Positions 24,511-34,148 of a stretch of DNA of 54,667 nt are shown piece by piece (the stretch's first letter is position 1; every line of letters starts with the position of its first letter). Source of the DNA: a virus (lineage: Duplodnaviria; Caudoviricetes). The DNA is taken from positions 1-54,667 of IMG/VR virus record IMGVR_UViG_3300008113_008855; one strand, written 5' to 3'. Position numbers and translations under genes: made by a program. The notes under the pieces were generated by a model, which saw only the letters and a program-made list of their open reading frames with translations, did not search any database and had not been told where the DNA came from.

Positions 24511-24867
24511 GTGCCTCCGGGTCCAAAAAAACCTAGAAAATTAAGCAACCACCAGTTGCTAGTTATGGCTTTTTTAAATGAGCCAAATAAATGTAACTGG
24601 CCCAACGAGATGCGGGTTGCTGGCAAACTAATCAAGCAGTACGGGTTTGATTTTTTAATTAATCTAAAGGGAAGAACTAAGCTTATTTCTCTAACTTGGT
24701 TTCTTGGGGAGAATGGCAAAAAGTTTCTTAACGATATCAAAAAATACCAGTCTCTTTCTTTTGAAAAAGAAAAGATTGAACTAGAAGATAAGCCAGTAGC
24801 TCCTCCTACAGAAGTAACCAAAAAACCAAAGTCAGTAAAAGAGTTTTTAAATTTATTCAATAAATAA
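24511..24867 (+). CDS. Hypothetical basic protein
   Basis: 118-aa ORF between a promoter and the recA-like gene. Confidence 0.65.
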   Translation: MPPGPKKPRKLSNHQLLVMAFLNEPNKCNWPNEMRVAGKLIKQYGFDFLINLKGRTKLISLTWFLGENGKKFLNDIKKYQSLSFEKEKIELEDKPVAPPTEVTKKPKSVKEFLNLFNK

Positions 24868-24868
24868 T

Positions 24869-25981
24869 ATGGCAAGACCAAAGAAAGAAATAATCGAAAG
24901 TGAAGAGCCCCAATCAAACGACAAGCTTAGGGTTCTAGATAGCATCTTAAAGACTAATAAAGACCACCATTATGCTTACGATAATAATATTGATTATGTT
25001 GTAAGTAGTGGCAGCCTAACTCTTGATATTGAGATGGGCGGAGGTATTCATCCCGGCATCGTTCGCTCCTCTGGAATTACCGAGGGCGGAAAGACAAGCA
25101 ATGCCTTGTCATTTGCTCGTAACTTCCAAACTCTGCATCCTGAAAAGGGCTGCATTATTTACATCAAGTCAGAAGGTCGTCTTAGCGAGAATATGGTTTC
25201 CCGTTCTGGCGTGAACACTGATCCTAGCAAGTGGCGCGTAATTCCTACAAATGATTACGAATTTGTGACAGATACCATGCGAGAGCTTATCAAAAACAAT
25301 GATGATGGAAATATTTATTTCTTCATAATTGATAGCTTGGATGCGTTGGTTCCAAGAAACGACTTGGCAAAATCAGCAACTGAGGCCAATAAGACCGCTG
25401 GAGCAGCATTGCTTACGGCTGATCTTCTTCGCAAGATGGCAGCGGCATTCTCTTCCAGAGGTCATATTTGCTTTCTTATCTCTCAGGTAAGGTCTTCCAT
25501 CAAGATCAATCCTTATGAAAAGGGCGATCCCAAGGTTACCAATGCAAGCGGCGGAAACGCTGCTTTGCACTATTCAGATTGGATCTTAGAATTCCAACAA
25601 CGCTGGAATAAAGATTTTATTTACGCTAACGCCAAAGGCGAGGGCAATCCTGTAGGGCATTGGTGTAAGATTGTCTTCAAGAAAACTCCTAACGAAAAAT
25701 CCGGCAGAGAAGTACGCTATCCAATTAAATATGGCAGAACCAATGGTTCAAGCGTTTGGATTGAGTATGAGATTGTTGACCAGCTTCTAGCTTGGGAGTT
25801 CGCTCACGCTAAGGGCGCTTGGATCACCATCACTGACGAGCTAATCAAGGAACTGGCTGACAATAATCTTGAGCTTCCAAAGCAGCATCAGGGAGAAGCT
25901 AATCTAAAGAACTTCTTGGAAGAGCATCCCGATATTACTAAGTATCTATTTAATAAGTTTATTAGCGTCCTCAAGAAATGA
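24869..25981 (+). CDS. RecA/UvsX-like recombinase
   Basis: SSGSLTLDIEMGGG, G.TEGGKT Walker A, IIDSLDALVP, ISQVR, SGGNAALHYS. Confidence 0.88.
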   Translation: MARPKKEIIESEEPQSNDKLRVLDSILKTNKDHHYAYDNNIDYVVSSGSLTLDIEMGGGIHPGIVRSSGITEGGKTSNALSFARNFQTLHPEKGCIIYIKSEGRLSENMVSRSGVNTDPSKWRVIPTNDYEFVTDTMRELIKNNDDGNIYFFIIDSLDALVPRNDLAKSATEANKTAGAALLTADLLRKMAAAFSSRGHICFLISQVRSSIKINPYEKGDPKVTNASGGNAALHYSDWILEFQQRWNKDFIYANAKGEGNPVGHWCKIVFKKTPNEKSGREVRYPIKYGRTNGSSVWIEYEIVDQLLAWEFAHAKGAWITITDELIKELADNNLELPKQHQGEANLKNFLEEHPDITKYLFNKFISVLKK

Positions 25982-26394
25982 AACTCTTTAATATATATGG
26001 TAAAATTGTAAATAAGAATGTCTCTGAATATCTTATTGATTGGGATGCTAGTTCTCGTTCTAAAATACAATTTAAAACCAAGCAATTCCTTAAGAATTAC
26101 TGGAAGAACCATATAGTCTACGAAGAATTTCCCGTCTTTGGATCCCTGTTAAAAGTTGACATTATCAACGCAACGCGCAAGATTGCTGTGGAAGTTCATG
26201 GTCCGCAGCACTCTTCTTACAACAAATTCTTTCATGGCGAATCTAGATTGAATTATCTTAAATCAATCAAAAGAGATGTCGCAAAAGAAAATTGGCTTAC
26301 CTTGAACAAATTTGTCCTGATTGAAATATATCATGACGAAGTAGACTCCCTGAACGCAAGCTTCTTTAAAGAAAAACATAATATCATTCTCTGA
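25978..26394 (+). CDS. Vsr/DUF559-like PD-(D/E)XK endonuclease
   Basis: YEEFP...VDI......AVEVHGPQH...RD..K pattern. Confidence 0.7.
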   Translation: MKLFNIYGKIVNKNVSEYLIDWDASSRSKIQFKTKQFLKNYWKNHIVYEEFPVFGSLLKVDIINATRKIAVEVHGPQHSSYNKFFHGESRLNYLKSIKRDVAKENWLTLNKFVLIEIYHDEVDSLNASFFKEKHNIIL

Positions 26395-27857
26395 TGTCGA
26401 TCTACTCCTTACAGCTAGAAAAATATCTCCTATCTGCCCTAATTAAGCATCAAGATGCTTTTGCAGATATAGAGAGCTTTATTACCGAAAACGATTTCGT
26501 CAATGATGTCCATTATACCATCTTTTGTGTATATAAGGACACATATAACAAGGGCGAGACTATTGATAAAGTTCTAATAGCCCAGAAAGCAAAAAATCTC
26601 GGCATCACATTTAAAGATCAATCTGTTGATGTATTTAATTATGTTAATAGTATTTGTCTTATTCCTACGACTAAGGGCGGGCTAATTGATGCTGCTAAAG
26701 AGCTTCTTAAATTTAGAGTAAGGAGAGAGCTAGAAGAGACTGGCGAGGAGATTAAGAAGTTCGCACATTCTTGTGCCGAAAAAGAGCTTGAGGAGATTAT
26801 TACTGAAAGCGATCAGATCTACAATAAAAATATATCCCCATATACTCATAACAGTAATAAGCCTGAAGATATTACTGCTAATACAATTGAGATTATTGAG
26901 GAGCGCGGTAATAATCCAATCAAAGAAACTGGCCTTGAAACTCCATATCCAAACTTCAACAGGTTATATGGTGGCGTAAGACCCGGAAATCTATACGCTT
27001 GGGTTAGCCGACCAAAGCATGGTAAATCTACAATCTTGAATGATCTGGCTATCAAGACTACAACTATTAATCCTGGTTGTAAAGCCCTTGTTCTTGATAC
27101 CGAAATGTCTACTCAAGATATGAAGTTTCGAGTTGCTTCTTCTATAACTCAAATTCCCGTTTGGTATCTAGAAACTGGCAACTGGAAAAAAAGCCCAAAT
27201 TTATACAAACTTTTCCAAGAAAAGAAAAGTGAAATCTTAAAGATCCAAAACCAAGTAGATCATGTTCAGGTTTCTGGAAAGCCAATCCACGAAGTAATAT
27301 CTATTATTAAGAGATGGTATTTTGCAAAGGTGGGCCGTGGCAACCCATGTGTTGTTATTTATGACTACATCAAGCTCACTGGAGAGTCTGATAAGAATAA
27401 GCAAGAGTATCAGTTGATTGGAGATAAGGTAAACTCTTTGAAAGAGCTATGCTCAGAACTTAATATTCCAATTCTAACAGCTTGCCAATTAAACCGCAGC
27501 GCAGAGAACGGAGTTGACGATAGTAGCGCTATTTCTCAATCTGACCGCTTGCAATGGTTCGCTTCATTTGTAGGCATCTTTCGCAGAAAGACTGTAGAGG
27601 AGATTGCTGACGATGGAGAAGAGTTTGGTTCCCATAAACTTATTCCTCTTGCGACAAGATTCCAAGGCAAAGATTCCGCTGGTCATCACGATCTAGTTAG
27701 AATCAAAGAAGGCAAGAAAATAAAATATGCCCCAAATTATGTAAGCTTTAATATTCTGAACTTCAATGTAGAAGAGAAGGGAACTCTAGAAGATATTATT
27801 TCTGCTAGAGCTTTGCGACCTGAGTTGGATGATTCTGGAGATGGCGAAATTCTATGA
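26394..27857 (+). CDS. dnaB: DnaB-like replicative helicase
   Basis: N-terminal LEKYLLSAL domain, RPKHGKS Walker A, DTEMS, IYDYIKL, CQLNR, SDRLQ. Confidence 0.9.
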   Translation: MSIYSLQLEKYLLSALIKHQDAFADIESFITENDFVNDVHYTIFCVYKDTYNKGETIDKVLIAQKAKNLGITFKDQSVDVFNYVNSICLIPTTKGGLIDAAKELLKFRVRRELEETGEEIKKFAHSCAEKELEEIITESDQIYNKNISPYTHNSNKPEDITANTIEIIEERGNNPIKETGLETPYPNFNRLYGGVRPGNLYAWVSRPKHGKSTILNDLAIKTTTINPGCKALVLDTEMSTQDMKFRVASSITQIPVWYLETGNWKKSPNLYKLFQEKKSEILKIQNQVDHVQVSGKPIHEVISIIKRWYFAKVGRGNPCVVIYDYIKLTGESDKNKQEYQLIGDKVNSLKELCSELNIPILTACQLNRSAENGVDDSSAISQSDRLQWFASFVGIFRRKTVEEIADDGEEFGSHKLIPLATRFQGKDSAGHHDLVRIKEGKKIKYAPNYVSFNILNFNVEEKGTLEDIISARALRPELDDSGDGEIL

Positions 27858-28613
27858 ACGACTGCGAATCTGTTAGGAGGATTCTTCAAGACATTGGGTA
27901 TGTATTAACGGATAATGGTAGAGAGTTTAGAGCTAAACCTCTTTATCGAGACTCCGATAACGATAGCGTACTCAGGATATGGAAGAATTCTGGGCAATGG
28001 GTAGACTTTAAAGAAAATAAGAGCGGCTCTTTGGAAGAGCTTATTCGACTCACTTTAAAGTTAAAATCCATAGAAGAAGCCAAACAATGGATAGGCGCTA
28101 AAGGCATTTCGGTAAGCAATGAGGAAATTGAAAAGCCTAGAGCAATCACAAAGCAGATCCAATATTTTGAAAAGTCTCTGCTGCTTAAGCTTACAAAAAA
28201 TGACGACTACTGGAACAATAGAGGAATCTCGTCTTCCACATTAGCTCCATTTAATGGCGGAGTCGCTACCACTGGCAAGATGTATAATAGATACACATTT
28301 CCAGTTTTTGATAACAAAGACAATATCATAGGCTTTTCGGGAAGAGATGTCGCTCCACTTTCTCTAGAGGGCCGCCCAAAATGGAAACATATTGGAGACA
28401 AGAAAGAGTGGGTTTATCCATTAAAAGTTAATCTCGAAGATATCAAAAAATGCAAAAAGATAATTCTTCTAGAAAGTATTGGAGACATGCTTGCTTCTTA
28501 ATTATTTTGATCGCAGTCAGATTTCCATTAATCTTCCTGTAGGAGCAAAAGATTTTGGAGATTTAAATTTGTCTGATAAGAATAAAATACAAGAGTGGTA
28601 TAAAACAACATGA
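27854..28613 (+). pseudogene. DnaG-like primase, frameshifted by an internal deletion at ~28496
   Basis: RGIS, RYTFPVFD...IIGFSGR, PKWKH, LLESIGDML; C-terminus LLNYFD...LPVGAKDFGD continues in another frame to TGA 28611-28613. Confidence 0.8.
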
Positions 28614-29560
28614 GCACGACCAAAGAAAAAGTAAAGCTTAGCGCAAGCAAAATTAAGACTATCGAAAGCTGTAGCTGGCTATACTACTCCAAATATATTC
28701 TTAAGTATCCTGATATTTCTAATTCTGGAGCTTCAAGAGGAACTATCTGTCACTTAATTTTTGAGCTTCTTCTCACAGATAGACACAAGAAGTATTTTGA
28801 AGACTTATGTTCTGGAAAAGCTGGAGTAATAAAAAACCCTGCAATCCATAGACTCATCCTAAAGAATGCCAAAAAATTAAAAGTAGATGATGAAGAAAAT
28901 CTAGATCTAATCTACAACATGATTCAGACCGGCTTGCAAAGTGACTTCTTTTGCCAAGGAGCACTTTTAGTTGAAGCTGAATCTGAGTTTAAACTAGAGG
29001 AAGAGAATTATATCATTAATGGCTTTATTGACAAGCTCGCCAAGTTTGGAGATGACAATTATAAAATTTACGACTATAAGTCTAGTAAAGGAAAATTCTC
29101 TAAGGAAGAGATAGATTTTAATCTTCAGAACTTGATGTATTCTTTGGCGATCTTCAAAACCAAAAAGCACATTCCTGACGTTTGCTTTATCTTTCTAAAG
29201 TTTAAGAAACAGCCTCTTCAAGAGGCCCCAAAACCCACAGAAGAGCAGCTTAATGGATTCAAAGAGTATCTGTCTTATGTGGCTGGATATATTTCTGAAT
29301 TTGACGAGAAGAAATCCATTGAAAATCTAGCCGCTAGTTCTCCGAAAAAGAAATGGATGTGCGGAAGCGATGTTCAGGGTAAATGGATTTGCCCATCTAG
29401 ACTTCCAGCCAGCTATTACATGGGCTACGATAAAAATGATAAATTTATCAAGTCTTCTTTAAATAGAGAGTCCTTATTCGAAGATAAAAACATAGCTCTA
29501 ATAAATAAAGTAGATTATAAGGGCTGTCCATTCTGGCGTAAAGATGATCCAACTTTTTGA
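28610..29560 (+). CDS. PD-(D/E)XK nuclease (RecB/Cas4-like exonuclease)
   Basis: LSASKIK...C.W.Y, RGTICH, GFIDKL...IYDYKS, QNLMY, C-terminal Cys residues. Confidence 0.82.
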   Translation: MSTTKEKVKLSASKIKTIESCSWLYYSKYILKYPDISNSGASRGTICHLIFELLLTDRHKKYFEDLCSGKAGVIKNPAIHRLILKNAKKLKVDDEENLDLIYNMIQTGLQSDFFCQGALLVEAESEFKLEEENYIINGFIDKLAKFGDDNYKIYDYKSSKGKFSKEEIDFNLQNLMYSLAIFKTKKHIPDVCFIFLKFKKQPLQEAPKPTEEQLNGFKEYLSYVAGYISEFDEKKSIENLAASSPKKKWMCGSDVQGKWICPSRLPASYYMGYDKNDKFIKSSLNRESLFEDKNIALINKVDYKGCPFWRKDDPTF

Positions 29561-29588
29561 TTGACTTCTCTTTCGGATGAAGCATGAT
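29561..29588 (+). promoter_or_regulatory. Sigma70-like promoter TTGACT-N16-CATGAT
   Basis: -10 ends 5 nt before ATG 29594. Confidence 0.65.
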
Positions 29589-29593
29589 AGCGT

Positions 29594-30361
29594 ATGGAGT
29601 ATTCAGCCATACCGCTTTTTAAATCTCATTATAGCCTTGGCAAGTCCATCTTGACGCTTGCTAAGGCTGGCTCAAGCGAGGCCGATGAGCCAAGCTCAAT
29701 AATAGACATAGCAAAAAAGCTGAATCTAGAGAATCTACATCTAGTAGATGATTCCATCTCAGGATTTCTAGAAGCTTATAAGTCTTGTGAAGATGCCAAA
29801 TTGAATTTAAGATTTGGCCTTCGTTTAACTGTCTGCGACGACATAGATAACAAGACAGCCGAATCAAGAGAAAAAGAACACAAGGTTATAATATACATCT
29901 TGAATACTGATGGCTATTATGATCTCATTAAGATTTCTACTCTTGCAAGCATTCAGGGCTTTTATTATTATCCAAGAATAGATTGCAAAAATTTAAAGAA
30001 GCTATGGAATGATAAAAATTTGCACCTTTGCGTTCCATTTTATGACTCTTATGTTTTTAAGAATAATTTAAGCTATAGTATATGTGTGCCTGATTTTAGC
30101 TTTTGCAATCCAACTTATTTCGTAGAAGATAATAATCTGCCCTTTGATGAAATTCTTAAATCGAAAGTCGAAGAAATCACCACAGATAAACAGCCAGCAG
30201 TCAAAACACAGTCTGTATATTATGAAAATAAAGAAGACTTCTTGGCTTACCTTACCTTCCGATGCATCTCGGAGAGAACGACGCTAAACAAACCTAACCT
30301 AGAACACTGCTCTTCAAACGAATTTTGCGCTGAGTCATTCAAGGAAAAATATGGAAAATGA
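29594..30361 (+). CDS. Stand-alone PHP domain of DNA polymerase III alpha
   Basis: SHYSLGKSIL, L.DDSISGF, FGLRL, NTDGYYDLIKIST, FYYYPRID match the DnaE N-terminus. Confidence 0.8.
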   Translation: MEYSAIPLFKSHYSLGKSILTLAKAGSSEADEPSSIIDIAKKLNLENLHLVDDSISGFLEAYKSCEDAKLNLRFGLRLTVCDDIDNKTAESREKEHKVIIYILNTDGYYDLIKISTLASIQGFYYYPRIDCKNLKKLWNDKNLHLCVPFYDSYVFKNNLSYSICVPDFSFCNPTYFVEDNNLPFDEILKSKVEEITTDKQPAVKTQSVYYENKEDFLAYLTFRCISERTTLNKPNLEHCSSNEFCAESFKEKYGK

Positions 30362-30989
30362 ACTACTAAGATTCGACAAGTCTAAAAAGCTTGTCTTTAT
30401 CGATTGCGAGACGTTAAATCTCTGCCTTAACTTCTGCCAGAATCTTCCTTGGCAGATTGCAATGTTGAATACTGTCGGTGGTAAAAAAATTGATGAGCGA
30501 GATTTCTTGATTAAATGGGAAACTAATCTTAAGATATCAGAAGATGCCAGACGAATCACAAGATACCCTGAACAACTTATCCAAACAACTGGCAAGAAAT
30601 TTGACGATATCTTTGATACTGTTAGGGATTGGCTTGACTCTGCTGACTACATTGTTGGTCACAATATTCTTGGCTTCGATCTCTACCTTATAAAAGAGAT
30701 GTATTTGCTCAAAGGATTGCGAGCAAGTCATTTGGTTAATAAAATACTAGACACTAATTGCTTGGCTAAAGGAATCAAATATGGAATCCCCAAGATGCCA
30801 AAAGAGTCTTTAATTGAATACCAATATAAGCTTTTACATACCTATAAAAAAGGAATCAAAACTAATTTAACCGCGCTTGGCAAAGACTACAGCATTGATC
30901 ATGATTACGACAATCTTCACAATGCTATCGTAGACTTAGAACTTAACCTTAAGGTTTGGAATAAAATTAAATTTCAAGTGGAAATATGA
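30351..30989 (+). CDS. DEDDh 3'-5' exonuclease (epsilon/DnaQ-like)
   Basis: FIDCET, VGHNILGFD, ILDT, LHNAIVD. Confidence 0.88.
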   Translation: MENELLRFDKSKKLVFIDCETLNLCLNFCQNLPWQIAMLNTVGGKKIDERDFLIKWETNLKISEDARRITRYPEQLIQTTGKKFDDIFDTVRDWLDSADYIVGHNILGFDLYLIKEMYLLKGLRASHLVNKILDTNCLAKGIKYGIPKMPKESLIEYQYKLLHTYKKGIKTNLTALGKDYSIDHDYDNLHNAIVDLELNLKVWNKIKFQVEI

Positions 30990-33553
30990 AAGACTTTAAT
31001 TCTCTTTTCTCAAATATGAAGCTGCCATTGTATGGCGTAAGACTTCCTGAATTCAATATCGAGAGCCGCTTGAAGAAGCAGTATGGCCTTAAAGAGGACT
31101 CTTCTAACTATGATTTCTTGATGCAGGTGTGCAGAGCAAATTTCAAGAAGCTTAAAATTGCAAAAGAGGATTTCCCAAAATATTCAGAAAGAGTAAAATA
31201 TGAACTTGAGACCATTAAAGAACTTGGATTTCTTGACTATATTCTTTTGGTTTGGACTGTTATTAACTACTGTAACGAAAATTCCATACCTGTCGGTCTT
31301 GGGCGCGGTTCTGCTGCTGGTAGTCTTATTCTTTATTTGTTGGGAGTTACTAAAGTAGACCCAATTAAGTACGAACTATTCTTCGAGCGCTTCATCTCCA
31401 AGATTCGAGCCAAGAAGCAAGTAGTTGACGGCATCACTTATCTTGATGGGTCTTTGATGTGCGACGTAGATATTGATATCTGCTACTACAATCGGCCAAA
31501 GGTTATTAAATTTTTGGAGCAGTTGTTCGCAGGAAGAACATCTAAGATTCTTACTTTGACAACTTTGAGCGGCAAATTGCTGATCAAAGAGTGCGGAAAG
31601 ATCATTGATGAAAAGCCTGAAACAGAAATGAATGATGTTAGCTCTTTGATTCCAAAGACTTTCGGTCAGGTCATGGATCTTAAAGAGGCTTATGGTGAAG
31701 TTGAGCAGCTTAAGAATTGGTGTGACGAAAATCCAAGATCCTATAAAACTGCTCTAAAGCTCAGAAATCTAATCAAGAATAAGAGCGTTCATGCATCTGG
31801 AATGATGCTTTCATACTATCCAATAGAACAAAGCTGCCCCACTGAACTTACCACAGACAAAGAACAGGTGTCTAGTTATGACATGAACTGGGCTTCTATC
31901 TCTAATGTTAAGCTTGATCTACTCGGATTGCGCAGCGTGTCTATCGTTGATAGAGTTTGTAAGCTAGTTGGCATTAAAGTCGATGATCTTAATTTTAATG
32001 ATCCATTCATTTATCAGCAACTTCAAGATCTGAGAACTCCTCATGGATGCTTCCAGATTGAAGCTGATACTAACTTCAAAGTTTGCAAAAAGGTAAAACC
32101 AAGAAACCTAGAGGAATTAAGTGGCGTTCTAGCTCTTGCTCGACCGGGAGCTTTGGAGTTCGTTGATCAATATGCTAATTTTACAACTAACAACCACTAC
32201 GAAGGAATCCATGAGTTCTTTGACTCTGTGCTTAGCGGCAGTGGTGGCGTTGCATTGTATCAGGAGCAGTTGATGAAAATGTCCAACAAGATTGGCTTTA
32301 CTCTTGATGAAGCAGAAGTGCTGCGCCGAATCGTTGGTAAAAAGAAAGTCGAAGAGGTTAAAAAGTGGCAAGAAAAGATTGCTGAAAAGATCAAAGAAAA
32401 CAAATTAGCTCCAGAAATTGGAGACATTCTTTGGCGCATTCTTGAAAATTCAGCCAACTATTCATTCAACAAGTCTCACTCAATGAGCTATGCTGCTCTT
32501 GCGGCTTGTACTGTTTATCTTAAATTTAGACATCCTAAGGAGTTTTTCTTGGCTTTGCTTGAGATGACCAAGCACGAACCAGCGCCGCTAGAAGAAATCT
32601 CAAAGATCCAGAAAGAGCTTCGCCACTTTGGGATTACTTTGCTTGGTCCTCATATATTAAAATCAGATACAGATTTTTCTATTCAAGGAAATAACATTAG
32701 ATTTGGATTGTCTTCTATTAAGGGCATCTCTGAAAAGACGATGGACAAATTGAAGAACTTTAAATCAGATCAATCTAATAAATTTGAAGTATTTCAAGCT
32801 GCTAAGGAAGTTGGTATTTCTATTGGTGTTTTGTCTGCTCTGATTCAGGCTGGAGCATTGGATGGCTTCTCTACCTCTAGAAGTCGAGTCGTTCTTGAGG
32901 CTCAGCTTTGGAACGTCTTAACAGACAAGGAAAAAGTATTGAGTATGGAACATGGCCCAGATCAAGACTACGACTTGCTAAAGACTGTCAAGAAACTATC
33001 AGAAACAAAAAATGAAAACGGCAAGTTCCTTATTAAGGAAACTCGCCTAGAAACAATTAAAAAGAAATACGATCCATATCTAAAGATCTATCAGCAAAAT
33101 AATAAATCAGAAAGCTTTGCCAACTGGTTCTATGAAAATAAATTACTTGGCTATAGTTATGATAAGTCTTTGAACGCCATCTTCTCCCAAAAGATGCCAA
33201 ATCTAATATCTACTTCTAGAGCTATGGAATCTTCTGAAAACCAGATGGTTTACATAGTCGGCAAGGTAGAAGAAGCTTCTGAATGGACATCTAAAAACGA
33301 GAAAAAAACCAGAGTATTTAAGATGATCGTTTCTGACGAATTTGGATCTATTCCAGTTCTTACTTTCAACGATAAGATTGATTTTAATAAATCATCGAAT
33401 AATGAAAAGCTTCCTGAAAAAGACGACATAGTTATCGTTAAAGGAGTTAAAAAGAAAGACTGCCTTTTTGGCGATACCATTGGAATTCAAACCTTAAAAA
33501 TTTACACAAAACTGTCCGAATTAAAAGAAAAAAATCTTGACAATCAAGAGTAA
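30986..33553 (+). CDS. dnaE: DNA polymerase III alpha catalytic core (lacking PHP)
   Basis: GLGRGSAAGSL, LFFERF, DVDID, HASG, KLDLLGL, LYQEQLM, YSFNKSH, IRFGLSSIKG, C-terminal OB fold. Confidence 0.95.
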   Translation: MKDFNSLFSNMKLPLYGVRLPEFNIESRLKKQYGLKEDSSNYDFLMQVCRANFKKLKIAKEDFPKYSERVKYELETIKELGFLDYILLVWTVINYCNENSIPVGLGRGSAAGSLILYLLGVTKVDPIKYELFFERFISKIRAKKQVVDGITYLDGSLMCDVDIDICYYNRPKVIKFLEQLFAGRTSKILTLTTLSGKLLIKECGKIIDEKPETEMNDVSSLIPKTFGQVMDLKEAYGEVEQLKNWCDENPRSYKTALKLRNLIKNKSVHASGMMLSYYPIEQSCPTELTTDKEQVSSYDMNWASISNVKLDLLGLRSVSIVDRVCKLVGIKVDDLNFNDPFIYQQLQDLRTPHGCFQIEADTNFKVCKKVKPRNLEELSGVLALARPGALEFVDQYANFTTNNHYEGIHEFFDSVLSGSGGVALYQEQLMKMSNKIGFTLDEAEVLRRIVGKKKVEEVKKWQEKIAEKIKENKLAPEIGDILWRILENSANYSFNKSHSMSYAALAACTVYLKFRHPKEFFLALLEMTKHEPAPLEEISKIQKELRHFGITLLGPHILKSDTDFSIQGNNIRFGLSSIKGISEKTMDKLKNFKSDQSNKFEVFQAAKEVGISIGVLSALIQAGALDGFSTSRSRVVLEAQLWNVLTDKEKVLSMEHGPDQDYDLLKTVKKLSETKNENGKFLIKETRLETIKKKYDPYLKIYQQNNKSESFANWFYENKLLGYSYDKSLNAIFSQKMPNLISTSRAMESSENQMVYIVGKVEEASEWTSKNEKKTRVFKMIVSDEFGSIPVLTFNDKIDFNKSSNNEKLPEKDDIVIVKGVKKKDCLFGDTIGIQTLKIYTKLSELKEKNLDNQE

Positions 33554-33572
33554 AAAATCAATCATATAACGT

Positions 33573-34148
33573 ATGCTTCAATTCTACAAACCAAATTCCA
33601 AGAACACCGGCTGTGGTTGCTCCTTTAAGTATTCTGCCAAGGACGACTGTATTTTCGTAAACATGATTAAGCAAGCTAGTTGGGACGAGCAGACAAAGCG
33701 AGGCTCGTTCGCTGGCAACGCTCAAAACCCAAAGGCTTCATGCTCTCTGAAGCTTAGCCTGACAGAGGCTGCTGATATCATCTCTGCTGTCCGCCGTAAC
33801 GGAGACATTTCTGCGTTCCACGACTCCGCAAAGCAAGTTACCAGAATTAAGTTCTCTCCTTATGTTCGCCCAACTAAGGATGACCCAAGTAAGACCGCTC
33901 AAGTAGGTTATTCCTTCTCAGTGTCGAAGGAGAGCAAGGAGAACGCGCAAGACAAGACTTCTTTCTTGATTGGTTTTACTTTTGGCGAAGGAACTCGCCT
34001 TGAGTCTTTCCTATGCTTTGCTCTAGCGAAAAGTTTTGAAAAGGCTTCGCTTGAGCAAGATAATAGATCAGCCGCTACTCCTCAAGCAGCCCCTCCAAAG
34101 AAGGAGGAGGCTCCTAAGCAGGAGTCGTCGGATGAAGATCTATGGTGA
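33573..34148 (+). CDS. Putative ssDNA-binding protein (Whirly/PC4-like) with acidic tail
   Basis: Beta-rich core, A/P linker and ESSDEDLW terminus, directly after dnaE; TTGACA upstream at 33537. Confidence 0.5.
   Translation: MLQFYKPNSKNTGCGCSFKYSAKDDCIFVNMIKQASWDEQTKRGSFAGNAQNPKASCSLKLSLTEAADIISAVRRNGDISAFHDSAKQVTRIKFSPYVRPTKDDPSKTAQVGYSFSVSKESKENAQDKTSFLIGFTFGEGTRLESFLCFALAKSFEKASLEQDNRSAATPQAAPPKKEEAPKQESSDEDLW

Noticed and set aside
28610-29560. CRISPR-associated Cas4
   Set aside because: No array or other cas genes; its position between primase and polymerase fits a replication/recombination exonuclease.
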